Source: Prasinococcaceae sp. CCMP 1430 (taxonomy: Eukaryota > Plantae > Prasinodermophyta). Taken from it: a stretch of 64,000 nt of DNA. The translations under genes and the position numbers were made by a program. The notes under the pieces were generated by a model, which saw only the letters and a program-made list of their open reading frames with translations, ran no database searches and had not been told where the DNA came from. Location of the stretch: positions 191,993 to 255,992 of the forward strand of contig RQSC01000019.1 of assembly GCA_013416795.1 (NCBI GenBank), written 5' to 3'. Below, one piece after another: positions 22,386-34,178 of this stretch (its first letter is position 1; each line of letters begins with the position of its first letter).

Positions 22386-23266
22386 ATGGCGTCGCAGGCC
22401 GCGCCCGCTCCGGTGGTGTACCCGCACGGCCAGTACGAGTGGAATCCCGCAAAGGGCCCAGCTGGGGAATGGGAGTGGAGGCCAAACCAGCCCGCCGCTG
22501 GTGCGCCCGTGCCAGCCATCGGTACCCACGCGGGCCAGCCGCCAGCGCAGCTCGTGCAGCAGCCCTTCGGGGCGCCTGCCCAGCCGGCGGCCCAGCCGAC
22601 ATGGGACTACCAGCGGGGGCAGTGGGTATACCCGCAACAACACCAGGCCACGCAGCACGCGCAACAGCCGCACCCAGCGGCGTGGCAAATGTCGTATCAA
22701 GGCGCGCCGCCGCACGCGCCTGGTGTTCATTCCCACACGCAGCAGCAAAACCAAGCGTACATGCACCCGGGCTTTCCCCCCCAACACTCTCACCCGCCGC
22801 TCAACCACCCTACCCACCAGCAGCTGCCACTGATGCAACAACCGCCTCTGCAGCAGCAACAACAGATCCAGCCCGCGCCCCAGCCCGCACCCCAGCCGCA
22901 ACCGCAGCCTCAGCAGCAGCCGCAGGCCTTTCGCCTCCAAGCAAACCAGCCGATCGTGCAGACGTACCGAGCGCCCGTGGCGGCGGTACCAGCGCCCGCG
23001 TCCGCTGCAACAGCGCAGGCCGCAGCAGCGCAGAACTCCGCGGCGGGCGCGGGCGGCCAGGCGCAGTGGCCGCCGAGCCTGCGCGCGTACGTCGAGCGCG
23101 CCTTCAAGAGCGTGCAGGGCGATGACGGCCGGCGTGCTTTGATGCAGACCATGCTCAAGGCAAAGATCAAAGACGCCAACGAGTCTGGCAGGCTGTGGCA
23201 GCAAGACTGGGACACCGAACCCCTCCCGAGCCTCCACACGCAGCATCACATGCAGCAGCAGCACAT

Positions 23267-23302
<36 letters not shown>

Positions 23303-24689
23303 AGCGCTTGGTGGTTGGGGAGCAGTTCACAGCGTCGGCCGTTCGGATGCCCCCCCGCAGGCGAACCATGACCACCAGCAGCAGCAGCAGCAAGGGGCGG
23401 GCGGCCTCGGGGGATGGGGGGTGGTGCACCATCAGACCGAGCCACCGAGTCCCGCAGGCAAGGCGGGCAAGGGCAAAAAGAAGACAAAGGCGCAGATGCG
23501 CAAGGAGGCAGCCGCCGCAAAGAAGGAGAAGCAAAAAATGCAGCTGCAGCAGCGCGGAAGGAAGCGCGGGCGTGGCGCAGACGATGATGATGCGCTCGCG
23601 GCCAACCCCGAGGAGATCGCGCGGCGCCAGCGCCGAGCGGCCAAGTATGGCGGCGGCGCAGCCGACGGAGCGGGTGCATCGTACCAGCCCGAGCGCCCCA
23701 AACGAATCGCTCTGCTGGGAGACGAGACGACCACGGAGGACAAGGAAGTGCAGTGGGACAAGTACACGGTTCAGGGGTCGAGCGAGGCGCTGGAGAAGCG
23801 CTACTTGCGGCTCACAAGCGCGCCCGATCCCACGACGGTGCGCCCGCCGGGCGTGCTCGAGAAGGCGCTCGCGCACGTGCTTGAGCAGCACAAGGTCCAC
23901 GGGTACTTCTGGACGTGCGATCAGCTCAAGGCCATTCGTCAGGACCTGACCGTACAACGCATCAAAAACGAGCTCACGGTGCGCGTGTATGAGGAGCACG
24001 CGCGGCTAGCGATTATCGACGGCGACGTGGTCAACTATAACCAGTGCGCCGCGCAGCTGTTGGAGCTCCACACAGCAGGCATAGCAGGATGCCACGCCGA
24101 GTTTGCGGCTTACCGAGTGCTCTATTGCCTCCTGACATCGGAACTGAACACAGAGAGGCACCTGGACACCCTCGCTGCGTTGAAGACCGTGTGCTGCTCG
24201 AAGGACTCAGGCAAGCTGCTGTCCGATCCTGCCGTCAAGCACGCGTTGGGCGTCCGCGCTGCTGTGTACACGAACGCATACGTGACCCTCTTTCGTCTGG
24301 CCAAAGAGCGACACAACCTCAACGGCGTTTTCATCGATCAATTCATTGACAAGGCGCGCTTTGCAGCGTGCAACACAATCGTGCGCGCGTACAGGCCAAA
24401 CATGGCGCTCCCTCCTGCTGCCATGATGCTCGGTTTCTGCAGCACTGGCGACGGCGATACTGTGACCGGCAAGGCAAGTGAGGATGAGCCCGCAGGGCTT
24501 GGTGAGTGCTACGAGTGGTTGCGCGCCCACGGCGCGGTGCTTGTGGGTGACCCAAGCGCAGCCGCCGCTTGCAAGATTGATTGCAAGGAGAGCGTGGGCA
24601 AGCTCGCGGTGCCAGAGAAGGTCGAGGCAGTTGCTCACGGGGACGTCAACATGTCCGTGGAGAATTTCCTGACCAAAGCGATTGCCTGA
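22386..24689 (+). CDS. SAC3/GANP/THP3 family protein (LENG8/SAC3A-like) with Q/P-rich N-terminus
   Basis: WPPSLRAYVERAF, DWDTEPLP, LEKRYLRLTSAPDP..VRP and CDQLKAIRQDLTVQRI...VYEEHAR. Confidence 0.9.
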
Positions 24690-25974
24690 TGGAGGTGTGC
24701 TGGCGGTGACTCGTTCTACTGGACGGGGAGCTCCGCTGGTGCGCGCGTCGTTGCGCGCAGATGTGTGGCGTGTGCGCTCGTGTGTGTCTGTGTGCGCGTT
24801 TTCGTGCGTGTGTGTCCAATCTCTCGCGGGGCGTGAGCCCTGCCGAGCCAAACTTGACCTACTTTGTGCTGTGCTGCTGCTTGCGTCGGAGGACGTTGTG
24901 TGTGTTGTGCGCGCGGGTGCTAGTGACACCAGTTTGCGCTCTTCGCAAGCGCGAGTGCGGTCGCGGTTGTGAGCACCGGGAGCGCCGGCGCGCGCGAGCG
25001 GCGGGGGGCTATAGGATCTATGTTGTAAACTGTCAAACTATTCTTCTTATAGAAGCCGCGTCAGAGGGAGCTTGATGCCATCCATCTGCACAGCGAACAC
25101 CATCTTCCTCTTGAATCGAGCTCAGAGGTCTCTCTCGCTTTCTCTCGCAATTGCGCTGGCTATGGCACGGCAAGCCGAATGCCCCGCGAGTCAATGCGCT
25201 GCCAATAATGCCCTCGCCGCGTCGCGCAACGAGCACACGGAAGCAGTACAAAGGCGCGTCCTTCTAGCTGCTGCCATACAACATACTTTGCAGGTGAAAC
25301 AAACAAAACCACTACTACCACGTCGGTGCCTCATCTATCCTCCCAAAGGGGCGGTCCCACCGCCTTCGGTGCAACATGCCCACCCGCCTCGCTGCGACGC
25401 CAGGCGGCTGCGCACGCAGCGTTGCCACGCGTGCCCTGGGCATCATCGACGTCTGCACGCTCAACCCCGGGTGCGTCGGCAGCATCGTCGTCCGCGTCGG
25501 TGCCGCTGCTGCCGGCGGAGCACGCACGCCCTGCTCAGACCGAATCACCAATCGAGCGATGCGGTACACAAGTGGGGAATGGCGCGCCGCGGAGCGCGCC
25601 CGCGTGGTGTTGCGGCCACCCGCGGTTGACGCACAGGCGCAGTTGGCGTGTGCGACCGCGCACGGGTGCTACAACCAGCGCACCGCTCCCCAGAACGGCG
25701 CGAGCACCTCCAGCGATCAGTTGATTACCGAATCGTTGAGGATGATATTAATGTTGTTCTCACGCGCCTGCACGGCGGTCGAGGATGGAGAGGCGGTGGG
25801 GCGGGGCGCGTGCCGCACAGAGATGGATTCTGCGCGAGCAGCGTGCCCCACGGTCCCCTTCTTTAGTAGTAGTATTAGTTGGTGTCCACATCCTGAAGGT
25901 ATTATCCCTTCCATCGAGGACTCGGTGGTGTGGCCTCTATTATGATTATGATATGGTACTCGCGCTTAGAAGCA

Positions 25975-28254
25975 TCAGTGCCTCCGCGGCGGGCCAGGCG
26001 GGAGAGGTGGCTGCCAGTTCCCCTGCTGCGGCTGCGGCTGGCCGTACAGCTGCTGGCCGTACAGCTGCTGCTGCTGGTTCGAGTATTGCTGCTGCTGTTG
26101 TTGGTACCCGAAGCCGTAGTGCTGTTGCTGTTGCCCTTGTGGCGGCGCCGCCGGCATCTGCTGCTGCTGCGCCGGTGGCATCATCATGTACGAGCCACCA
26201 TTCGGTGCCCCAGGAGGCGGCGGAGGCGGCGCCTGCTGCGTCTGCATAGGTGCAGAGGGGACGGCCATGGTGGCGCTGATAGCCTGTTGCAGTTTCATGA
26301 GAGCGGCCGAGTCAAACGCCAGTGGCGCACTCGTCGAGGCCGGCATCGAGGTCGCGCTCGGCAAGCCAGTAGATGCAGCCACGCTGTACTGCTGCTGCTG
26401 CTGCTGCTGCTGCCGCGGCGGCGGCGGCGGCGGGCGAGCCTGCTGCTGATGCATCTGCGGGGCCTGGGACGGGCGAGGGGCTGCCATCGCCTGCGGCACA
26501 GCCGACATGACCTTTTTCTGAGCAGGCAACGCGACATTCTTGACCGCCGCACCCTCCGCATCGTTGAGCGGGATCTCTGTCGGCTCGGAGACGCCCACGA
26601 ACTGCTCTGGGCCCACATCTACTGGCTCGGCAGGCGAGTCCGGCACCGCTGACAGTGCAGGGTACACCGCCGCGAGCACGCCCAGCTCACGCGATGCCTG
26701 CGCCCCCTTTTCCTTGCTCTTCTCACCTGCTGCCCAAGTATCGTCAGGCGTACTAGGCGCTGGCACGTCCCAGCTACGCGTGGCCGACATAGCCTCGAGG
26801 CGAGCGCGCCGATCGTCGAGGACTTTTTGGCGCGCCTGTCGCTCGCGCTCGTGCTCCTGCTTCGCAAGATCTGCGGTGGACATGCGCTTCTTCTGTCGCT
26901 CGTCCTCGCGCGCGTCACTGTCCTTGGTGAAATACTTCACCTTGACGAGCACGTCATCGGGAGCCCAAGATACGCTCTTCCTCTTCTTCTTCTTCGCAGG
27001 GGGTGGCGCTGCGTCGGCGTCTTTGCCGACGACAACGTCCTCAGCTCGGCGCTTCGCGGCGGGGGCGGGCGCATCCCCGGATTCCTTCCGGGTCGCCTCG
27101 GGCGCGGCTGGGGCGGCAGTGCTATCCGAGAGAAATGAGGACAGCGAGCGCCCCGCGCGCGCCGGCGGCTTAGGTGCAGCGGGGGCATCGGCCTTATCCG
27201 GCAGTTTCGCCTCCGGCTCCCCCTTGTCTTTCACAGACGGCAGCTGTGGCGGGGCCTTTGGCCCCTGCGACACCGATGGGACAGGAGGAACCTTAGTTGG
27301 CACCGGCGTGGGCGTCGGCAGCTTCGGCGCGACGGGAGCCCTGGGTGCCAGCTTCGCCTTCGGGGGCGCGGCAAACATCGAATCCATGTCGGTTGCAGTC
27401 GTCGACAAGAGCTTGGGCGCGCGCGTCTTCTCGGTGGCTGGGACCGCCGCCGCGGGCGCCGCGGCCTTCGGGGGCTGCGCCACCTTTTGAGGCGGCGCCA
27501 CCTTTGGGGGCGGCGCCACCTTTGGGGGCGGCGCCGCCCTCTGCTCAGTAGGCTTCGCGGCTGGCCTCGACACTGGCCTGGGCGAGGAGGGCGCATTCGC
27601 TGGAGGAGTGACGGTTCCCTTGCCGGTGATCGCCCGCATCCACTCCTTCATGACCTCCTTTGCCTGCCTCTGCACCGACATGTCACCCACCTTGGTGAGC
27701 TTCTTGACGGCTTTGCCCACCTTGCTCGCTCGGAGGGACGCCTCTGAAACGGGGAGCTTCTTGCACACAGTGAGCAGCTTCCTCAGGTTCTCGGACGCGC
27801 TCGGCCCATCTTCTTCGCGCACGTCGTTCATCCAGTCCGCCAGCAAGTCGAGGCCGCCCTGCTCCACGAATGGGGCGGTCACCCGCGGCTGGATCTTCGC
27901 GAGCGCCTCCTTGATCATGAACGTGCGCAGGCCACTCTCGGCGCCGTGCTTGGCTGCCGCTGCCATGAACGGCCCGACCGCCGAGGGGGACGAGAAGTAG
28001 CCGTCATCATCTATCACGGCGCCTATGTCGCTGACGAAGTCCTGCTTCTTATCCCTCCTGGCCTGCTGGCTGGCACCACCGCCGCCCAGGGCCGCAATCT
28101 TGGCGAGGAGCTCCTCCTCTGTGTACTTGTTCCTTCCCCGCTCCGCACACTCGAGCCGCAGCCGGGGGTTCAAGCACTGGAGGCACACCCCGCAGCCGGG
28201 CGACTTGGCGGCCTTCGCCTTCGATGCGGGCAACACGACCGCGAGCTGTGGCAT
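25975..28254 (-). CDS. PNUTS/PPP1R10-like PP1 regulator: CXXC-like finger, TFIIS-N domain, RVxF motif, Q/P-rich tail
   Basis: CGVCLQCLNPRLRLEC; KLPVS...LRASKVGKAVKKL...AKEVMKEW; KKRKSVSWAPDDVLVKVKYF. Confidence 0.75.
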   Translation of the reverse strand: MPQLAVVLPASKAKAAKSPGCGVCLQCLNPRLRLECAERGRNKYTEEELLAKIAALGGGGASQQARRDKKQDFVSDIGAVIDDDGYFSSPSAVGPFMAAAAKHGAESGLRTFMIKEALAKIQPRVTAPFVEQGGLDLLADWMNDVREEDGPSASENLRKLLTVCKKLPVSEASLRASKVGKAVKKLTKVGDMSVQRQAKEVMKEWMRAITGKGTVTPPANAPSSPRPVSRPAAKPTEQRAAPPPKVAPPPKVAPPQKVAQPPKAAAPAAAVPATEKTRAPKLLSTTATDMDSMFAAPPKAKLAPRAPVAPKLPTPTPVPTKVPPVPSVSQGPKAPPQLPSVKDKGEPEAKLPDKADAPAAPKPPARAGRSLSSFLSDSTAAPAAPEATRKESGDAPAPAAKRRAEDVVVGKDADAAPPPAKKKKRKSVSWAPDDVLVKVKYFTKDSDAREDERQKKRMSTADLAKQEHERERQARQKVLDDRRARLEAMSATRSWDVPAPSTPDDTWAAGEKSKEKGAQASRELGVLAAVYPALSAVPDSPAEPVDVGPEQFVGVSEPTEIPLNDAEGAAVKNVALPAQKKVMSAVPQAMAAPRPSQAPQMHQQQARPPPPPPRQQQQQQQQYSVAASTGLPSATSMPASTSAPLAFDSAALMKLQQAISATMAVPSAPMQTQQAPPPPPPGAPNGGSYMMMPPAQQQQMPAAPPQGQQQQHYGFGYQQQQQQYSNQQQQLYGQQLYGQPQPQQGNWQPPLPPGPPRRH

Positions 28255-29540
28255 GGTGGCGCGGCGGCCCGCGCCGCGGTGCGCCGTCGGCGGTCGCCGC
28301 GCGACGCGGGTTTGGCTTGCCGAGCGGTTCGCTTCGGGAAGGTGGACGGCGAGACGGGCGCGAGACGCGCGCCGCCGAGGACGCGCTGGGCACGCGGGTG
28401 GGCGGCACCGGGCGAGAGACTCGCGTGGACGGTCCGAGCGGAGCTGGCCTTTTTTTTTGGGTCGCCACCACGCACGCCAGGTGACGGCGCGGAGCTGCCG
28501 GGGGCGCGCTGCGCACGGGTGTTGGTCCGCTGGATTTTTCTGCCGCTGTTGGTGGTGCGCGCGCTCGTGCGGCGCGCAGGGGCGCGCGCGGACGGACGGC
28601 GCCTACCCCCTCGCACTCTGCTACCGTCGCGGACGTGGACGCCTACGTGTCGTTCGCCCCGCGGGAGCCTCTCGCCCCCAACCACTTGCCACTGCCGCGC
28701 GGCTCGCGACTCGCAGCCGCCGCCGCCTCGGCGCTGTCGTGCGTTTAGGGTTGGTTGTGCGCGCGAGCAAGCGCGCGCGCGGGCGCGCGCGGGCCGCCGC
28801 CGNNNNNNNNNNNNNNNNNNNNNNNNNNNNNNNNNNNNNNNNNNNNNNNNNNNNNNNNNNNNNNNNNNNNNNNNNNNNNNNNNNNNNNNNNNNNNNNNNN
28901 NNNNNNNNNNNNNNNNNNNNNNNNNNNNNNNNNNNNNNNNNNNNNNNNNNNNNNNNNNNNNNNNNNNNNNNNNNNNNNNNNNNNNNNNNNNNNNNNNNNN
29001 NNNNNNNNNNNNNNNNNNNNNNNNNNNNNNNNNNNNNNNNNNNNNNNNNNNNNNNNNNNNGGGGCCCGCCGGGTCCGCGGCGGGGCCAAACAGCGCGCGC
29101 GCGCGCCAGCCTCGCGCGCGGCGCGGGTGTTGACGCCACGTGCATGATACGTCCGCGTTGAGGGATGACGCACCCACGGGAGCGCGATTCTGATTTTGTG
29201 CCGCATCCATCCCGTCAAAACCAACCGCGGAGGCAGATGCGAACGCCCACGACGCGCACGAGGATTGATTGATGGCAGGCTGGAATGCACGCGAATGATG
29301 AAAATGCGCGTCATGCGCCCAATCATCCATCCTTTCCGTCGGCGGGGTCCCGCCGCGCCGCGCGCGCCGCGGCCGTTTCCGGATCGGTTTTCAGCCTCGC
29401 TCGCCCCCTCCCTGGCCGGTGGTTGGCCCGCGCGCGCGCCCGGGCGCGCGCGCGCGCGCGAAAAGCGCGAAGCGGAAAAAAAAGGAGGGAAAGAAGTTTT
29501 CGAGCCCACAGCGCGCGCGCGCGCGCGCGCGCCCCCACAG

Positions 29541-31731
29541 GGTGGAGAGGGCGTTGGGCGCGGCCGTCGCTGTCGTCTGGGGGGAGGGGCGGAGGGCTGG
29601 GGGAAGCGAGTCGCGGTCGCGGTCGGTGCCGCGCGCCCGCCCGCCGGCGGCGGCGGCGCTCCCGCCGGAGCTCGTGGTCTCCTTCCCGGCGGTGCGCTCG
29701 GTGCTGTGGGATGCGACGCCCCTCGGCGAATGCTCCGAGGGGGACGCGAGCGCGGACTCGCCCCCGTCGAGGGGCTGCAGCGACGCCGTGCCGGAGGTCG
29801 AGCTGACGCGCCGCGCCGCGCACGAGGCGCGCGAGCTGGCGGTCGCGCCGCCGCCGCAAGGCGCCGTGCTGCGAGGCGTGTGGGGCGAGCGGGAGGGGGG
29901 GCGCGCGGTGCTCGAGCTGCGAAGCGCGGAGGCGGCCAAAGGCTACGGCGCGGCAGCCGTCAGGGGCCCGCCGCCGGTCGCGGGCGAGGTCACCGTCCCG
30001 CTCGAGCTGGGGGCAGCCACCTCCGCCGACGCCGCCGCGCCGGCGTCCATCGCGCTCGAGCTCACGCGGGCGGTCGTCGAGGGCGTCGAGGCGGTCGGCG
30101 ATGCCGGAAACGGCCTCATGCAGAAGATGGTCCCCGCCTCGGCACGCCTGGACGTCGGGAGCGGCGCGCTGAGGGTAGCCGTGGGAGCGTCCACTGCACC
30201 CGTGGCGTTGACGCGCATCAACCCGCCACGCCTGTGCAGGTGCGCGCTGGCCGACGCGCTCGCGCGCGGCACCCTGCGGGGCGACGCGCGCGCGCAGAGC
30301 GGCTTCGTCACGCTCGACCAGAGCCGCAAGGCTCTCCCCCTCCTCGAGTCGGAGGCCCGCGCGTACTCGGCGCCGCTGGTCGGCGTGTGGGTGGCCGGCG
30401 TGGAGTCGGAGGCGTCGCTCCTCGTGCACGCCGCCGCCGTGCGATTCGCGTGCACGTCGGCGCTCAAAGATAAGGCCACGCAGCAGGGGAAGTTCCTGGT
30501 CCTTGTCTTCGCCCACGGCTGCGGTGGGGCGCCGTCATGCTTTGAGTGCTCCATCGACGAGGACTGCAGCAGCCTGGTGGCGTACGTGACTGAGAGAGAC
30601 GTGTCAGCCGTCGACGCGATGGCCGACGGCGAGTCGGCACTGTTGCGCCTCACGTCCTCGGCATGGGCGGCCGTGGCGTTGCAAACGCGGCTGGTCTCGA
30701 AACAGGCCGTCCTGACGCCGAAGCAGCTTGCTGCGCGGGCCGCGCGCAAGGGCGAGCAGGCGGAGGCGGCACGCGCGAGGCAGCGCGCCGCAGAGGCCGT
30801 CCGGCCGAAGTACGACCACGCGGCACAGGCCGCTCTGGAGCGCGAGTTCGAGGAGCGAGCCTCGCGCGACAGGCAGCAGCTCGACGCGCACGCGCGAGGG
30901 GAGGCAGACACAGACGCGGGGCCGCAGCCGCTCGCCCAGCCATGGACGGAGGAGTGCGCCCCCGGCGGACCTGCGCTGCCACCGCCCCACGCCACTCCAT
31001 ACGTGCCTAGCAATGCCGTGCCGAGGATACCTGGTGAGGCCGAGCGCGCCGAGGTCGGTGCGCTGGCCGCGATCCTCGAGCGATTCGGCCTGCGCGATGT
31101 GGAGGACCTCAGTGCGCTTGTGTTCCGCCAGCAAGAGAGCATCGCAAAGCTCCAGGAGGAGGTCGCCGACATGCGCGTGCGGCTCACGGCCGCCACGACG
31201 AGAGCCGCTGTGGCGGCCGCTCCCTTCGTGCCGCCGGCGGCCTCCGCGGGCGTGTCGCGTCCTGCTTTGCCGCCCCCGGCGTTGCAAAGCCTCGAGGCTA
31301 CGGCCTCAGTCGGCGCCGCCCGCATCCAAGATGCAGACCTGGACGCGCTCGCCCTGAACGGAGATGAAGAGGACGAGGACATTGAGTCCGCCATGATGCT
31401 GGACCCCGACGCGATCGCCTCCGGTGATTCTGCCCTGGGCCTGCAGTCGCCTGACACGCTGCCAACCATTGTGTACCAGCCACTGTCTGACGATGACGAA
31501 AGCGACAGAAGCGACGCCGAGGACACCGAGGACGCCGACGCCCCCATAGCAGGCGAGTACGTGCTGGTTGGACATGGCTCTCCGCATGCGGACGCGGACA
31601 CGGCGGCGCGCTCTGATGAGGACGCAGGCGATGTCCCGCGCATCACCGCCGAGCTCGAAGACCTCGACGTGCCCGCCGCGACGCGCGCGGGCGAGACGGA
31701 GAGTGCGGATGAAAGTAGCGAGGATCACTAG
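29541..31731 (+). CDS. STIL: STIL-like protein (STIL N-terminal domain plus short coiled coil); first exon unresolved
   Basis: FP....LWDATPLG and GFVTLDQSRKALPLLESEARAYSAPLVGVWVAGV match STIL_N (G..TMD.TRKLLLLLESDPK.YSLPLVGIWLSGI). Possible acceptor CACAG ends at 29540. Confidence 0.75.
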
Positions 31732-32081
31732 TAGGCTTCGCCACCGCCACGCAGCCACGTGCCGTCTGCGTGGAGCCCGACGTCGACGCACTCGTCCCTC
31801 TCGACGAAGACGAAGGCCGCGTTCATGGCTTCTAGCCCAGCAGGAATCTCTCAAGCGCTGGGACGCACGCACCCGCGCCCGCGCACACAGTAATCGCAGG
31901 TAAATGACACCGTCGAATTGACTGCACAGTTCCTGCAAAGGCTGCCAACTGGGCTGCTCAATTATGCTACGTGGTACAAAGGCGCGCGTCCTCGCGGTGC
32001 GTTGGTGGAGAGTAAGGGGGCTCGTGTGTCGCCTACTTCCTGACGCACTTCGCCCGCGACTGCGCGCGTGGCGCTCCCCGC

Positions 32082-33488
32082 TCACGCGCTCCTAGTTTGC
32101 CCCCCGAGTGGCGTGCGCGTGCTCTTGAACTGCAGCAGCGACCGAAGGTCGGCATTGATCGCCTCGAAGAACTTGGGAGCCCGCGCCTTTCCCCTCGCGA
32201 CGCCCAGGTTGATGCGCGCGACGTCGAGCAGCGCCCTGTCTGAAAGCGAGCGCGCGATCTCGAAGCCCCTCTCGAAGTATGCGATCGCGCGCTCGTGCTC
32301 GCCCATGCCGTGGTGGATGACGCCGAGCGAGATGCACGCACGCGCGTGGAGCTCGGGATCGCCGTGCCTGGAGAGTTCCAGGAACTGCTCCAGGTTTGAG
32401 ACCGCGCCGTCGAGGTCTCCCACGTCCTGATACGTGCGCGCTAGTGCCGCGCATGCTCTGCCCTCCCCAGCAGCGTCCCCGAGCTCATTGCACACCTCCT
32501 TGTAGGTCGCGTGGAAGCGCATGGCGTCGTGCGGCTTGCCCAGGGTTTCGTGCGCGAGACCTAGCCGATGGTGGACATCCCCTTCGGCGGCACGGTCGCC
32601 CCCCGCGCGCGCGGCGCCCAGGCACTTGTGCAGCAGTCCCACCGCGCGCTCAGTCTCTCCTGCTTGTTCCGCAGCGTGCGCGAGCGCACGGTACACGCCC
32701 ACCAAGCTCAGCTGCACGGAGCGCGCCGCGTCGTCCTCAGTGCCACCCCCAGCCATCTCGAGCGCGCGTTCGTGGTATCGCGCGGCCGTGGCGTGGTCGC
32801 CGAGGTGCGAGAAGGCCTCCCCCAGAGAGGCCGTCGCCGCGAGCGCGTCGCCCTCTGCGCCGACCGCGAGCGCCGCCGCGCGTGCCTCGCTCAAGTAGCG
32901 CACCGCCGAACGGAAGTCGCGCCGCTCCTCGAAGAATCGCGCGAGGTTGGTGTACGACGACACGACCGTCGCGCCATCCGAGTAGCGCCGCGCCAGGTCA
33001 GCGGCCACCAGGTTGTCCTTTAGAAACTCCATCGCGCCGGCGGGGATGGCACCGCCGACTGCGCTCGCGCTGTCGGCGCCGAGCGCGTCGGCGGGCCCGT
33101 CGTCAGCGCCGTTGGGCCGGTTCGTCGCGCCCTGAGTCCCGCTAGCGTCGATGCCACCGAGCTCCGCGGAGATAGCGCGATCGCCGGCGTGCGTGATCCT
33201 GGCAGGGCCGTCGGGCGCGCCCGCGCCGCGTTCGCGCGCGCAGACGCAGGGGCGGTGTGCGTCAGCGCGGTCGCGGGCGAGTGGCAGTGGCGCGAGCACG
33301 CGCGAGCGAGCGCGCGGGACGGCGCGTATCGGCGCGCGCTCGCACCGGAAGAACTCGCAGAATGCCGCCGGATGGCCCTCCGTGAGGATCTCGACGCACA
33401 GCGCCTGACGGCCCGCCACGCCAGGTGTGGGGGCGGCGTGGGCGTCGCTGCCGCTCGCCGCGACGAGCCCGTCGTGCTCGCCGTCCAT
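32082..33488 (-). CDS. TTC29: TTC29-like tetratricopeptide repeat protein; intron 33199-33345
   Basis: LCVEILTEGH..AF.EFF N-terminal motif, TPRs (EGRACAALA) and C-terminal ARINLGVARG...DL..LL.FK..R. Confidence 0.75.
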   Translation of the reverse strand: MDGEHDGLVAASGSDAHAAPTPGVAGRQALCVEILTEGHPAAFCEFFRCERAPIRAVPRARSRVLAPLPLARDRADAHRPCVCARERGAGAPDGPARITHAGDRAISAELGGIDASGTQGATNRPNGADDGPADALGADSASAVGGAIPAGAMEFLKDNLVAADLARRYSDGATVVSSYTNLARFFEERRDFRSAVRYLSEARAAALAVGAEGDALAATASLGEAFSHLGDHATAARYHERALEMAGGGTEDDAARSVQLSLVGVYRALAHAAEQAGETERAVGLLHKCLGAARAGGDRAAEGDVHHRLGLAHETLGKPHDAMRFHATYKEVCNELGDAAGEGRACAALARTYQDVGDLDGAVSNLEQFLELSRHGDPELHARACISLGVIHHGMGEHERAIAYFERGFEIARSLSDRALLDVARINLGVARGKARAPKFFEAINADLRSLLQFKSTRTPLGGQTRSA

Positions 33489-33727
33489 CGCGTCGCGCGC
33501 GCGCGNNNNNNNNNGGCCAGTCGCGCGGCGACGGGCGCGTGCGCGTCGAGCGTCAGCGGCGCCCTGTCGCGCCGTGTCGCGCGTGGGGGGCGCGATGGGC
33601 GTGATGGGCGCGGGGGGCGCCTCGCACCTGCAGCTTGGCGTGGCCCTTCTCGGTGCACTCCTTGATGCGCGCGTTGTGCAGCGCGCGCTCGAGCTCGCCC
33701 ATGACGGCGGTTGCGGGAGCGCCGCGG

Positions 33728-33979
33728 ATGGTCGTGCTCGCGGTGTGGAGCGCCAACGAGCTCGTCGGCCTCGTCGCCGGCGGCGTGCTGCTCGGCACGG
33801 CGGCGGCGGCGACGCGCGTGGACGCCTTCGTCGCGGGATCGCAGCGGCGTGAGCTCGGGCTGTGTGACGTCTGCGGCGGCGTGGGGAAAGTGCGCGGCAA
33901 GGGAGGGGAGCTCGAGCGCTGTCCGAAGTGCGGCGCACGGCCGGGGGACGCGGCACGCCAACCGCCCCGTCGCCAATGA
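33728..33979 (+). CDS. Small DnaJ-type zinc-finger-like membrane protein; probably 5' truncated
   Basis: TM segment ELVGLVAGGVLLG, then SQRRELGLCDVCGGVG...CPKCG (CxxCxGxG motif). Confidence 0.55.
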   Translation: MVVLAVWSANELVGLVAGGVLLGTAAAATRVDAFVAGSQRRELGLCDVCGGVGKVRGKGGELERCPKCGARPGDAARQPPRRQ

Positions 33980-34178
33980 CAGGCGCCCCGCCCGCGCGGC
34001 CGTGAGCCCCTCGCTCTCTCGCGCGCGCTGGGCTCGAGGGCACGCGGCTCCCGCCGACTCTGCGCTGCCTCTGCGCCCGCGCCGGGGCTGTGAGCCGCGT
34101 CGCCTATTATTACTATTATTTTGCACACATCCCGCGCCAGTGGAGGGGGGTGGGGGAAGCTCGCTGCCGCGACGGCCT

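Noticed and set aside
25030-25960. Possible gene between SAC3-like and PNUTS-like
   Set aside because: No motif, coherent splice structure or codon bias; probably convergent 3' UTRs.
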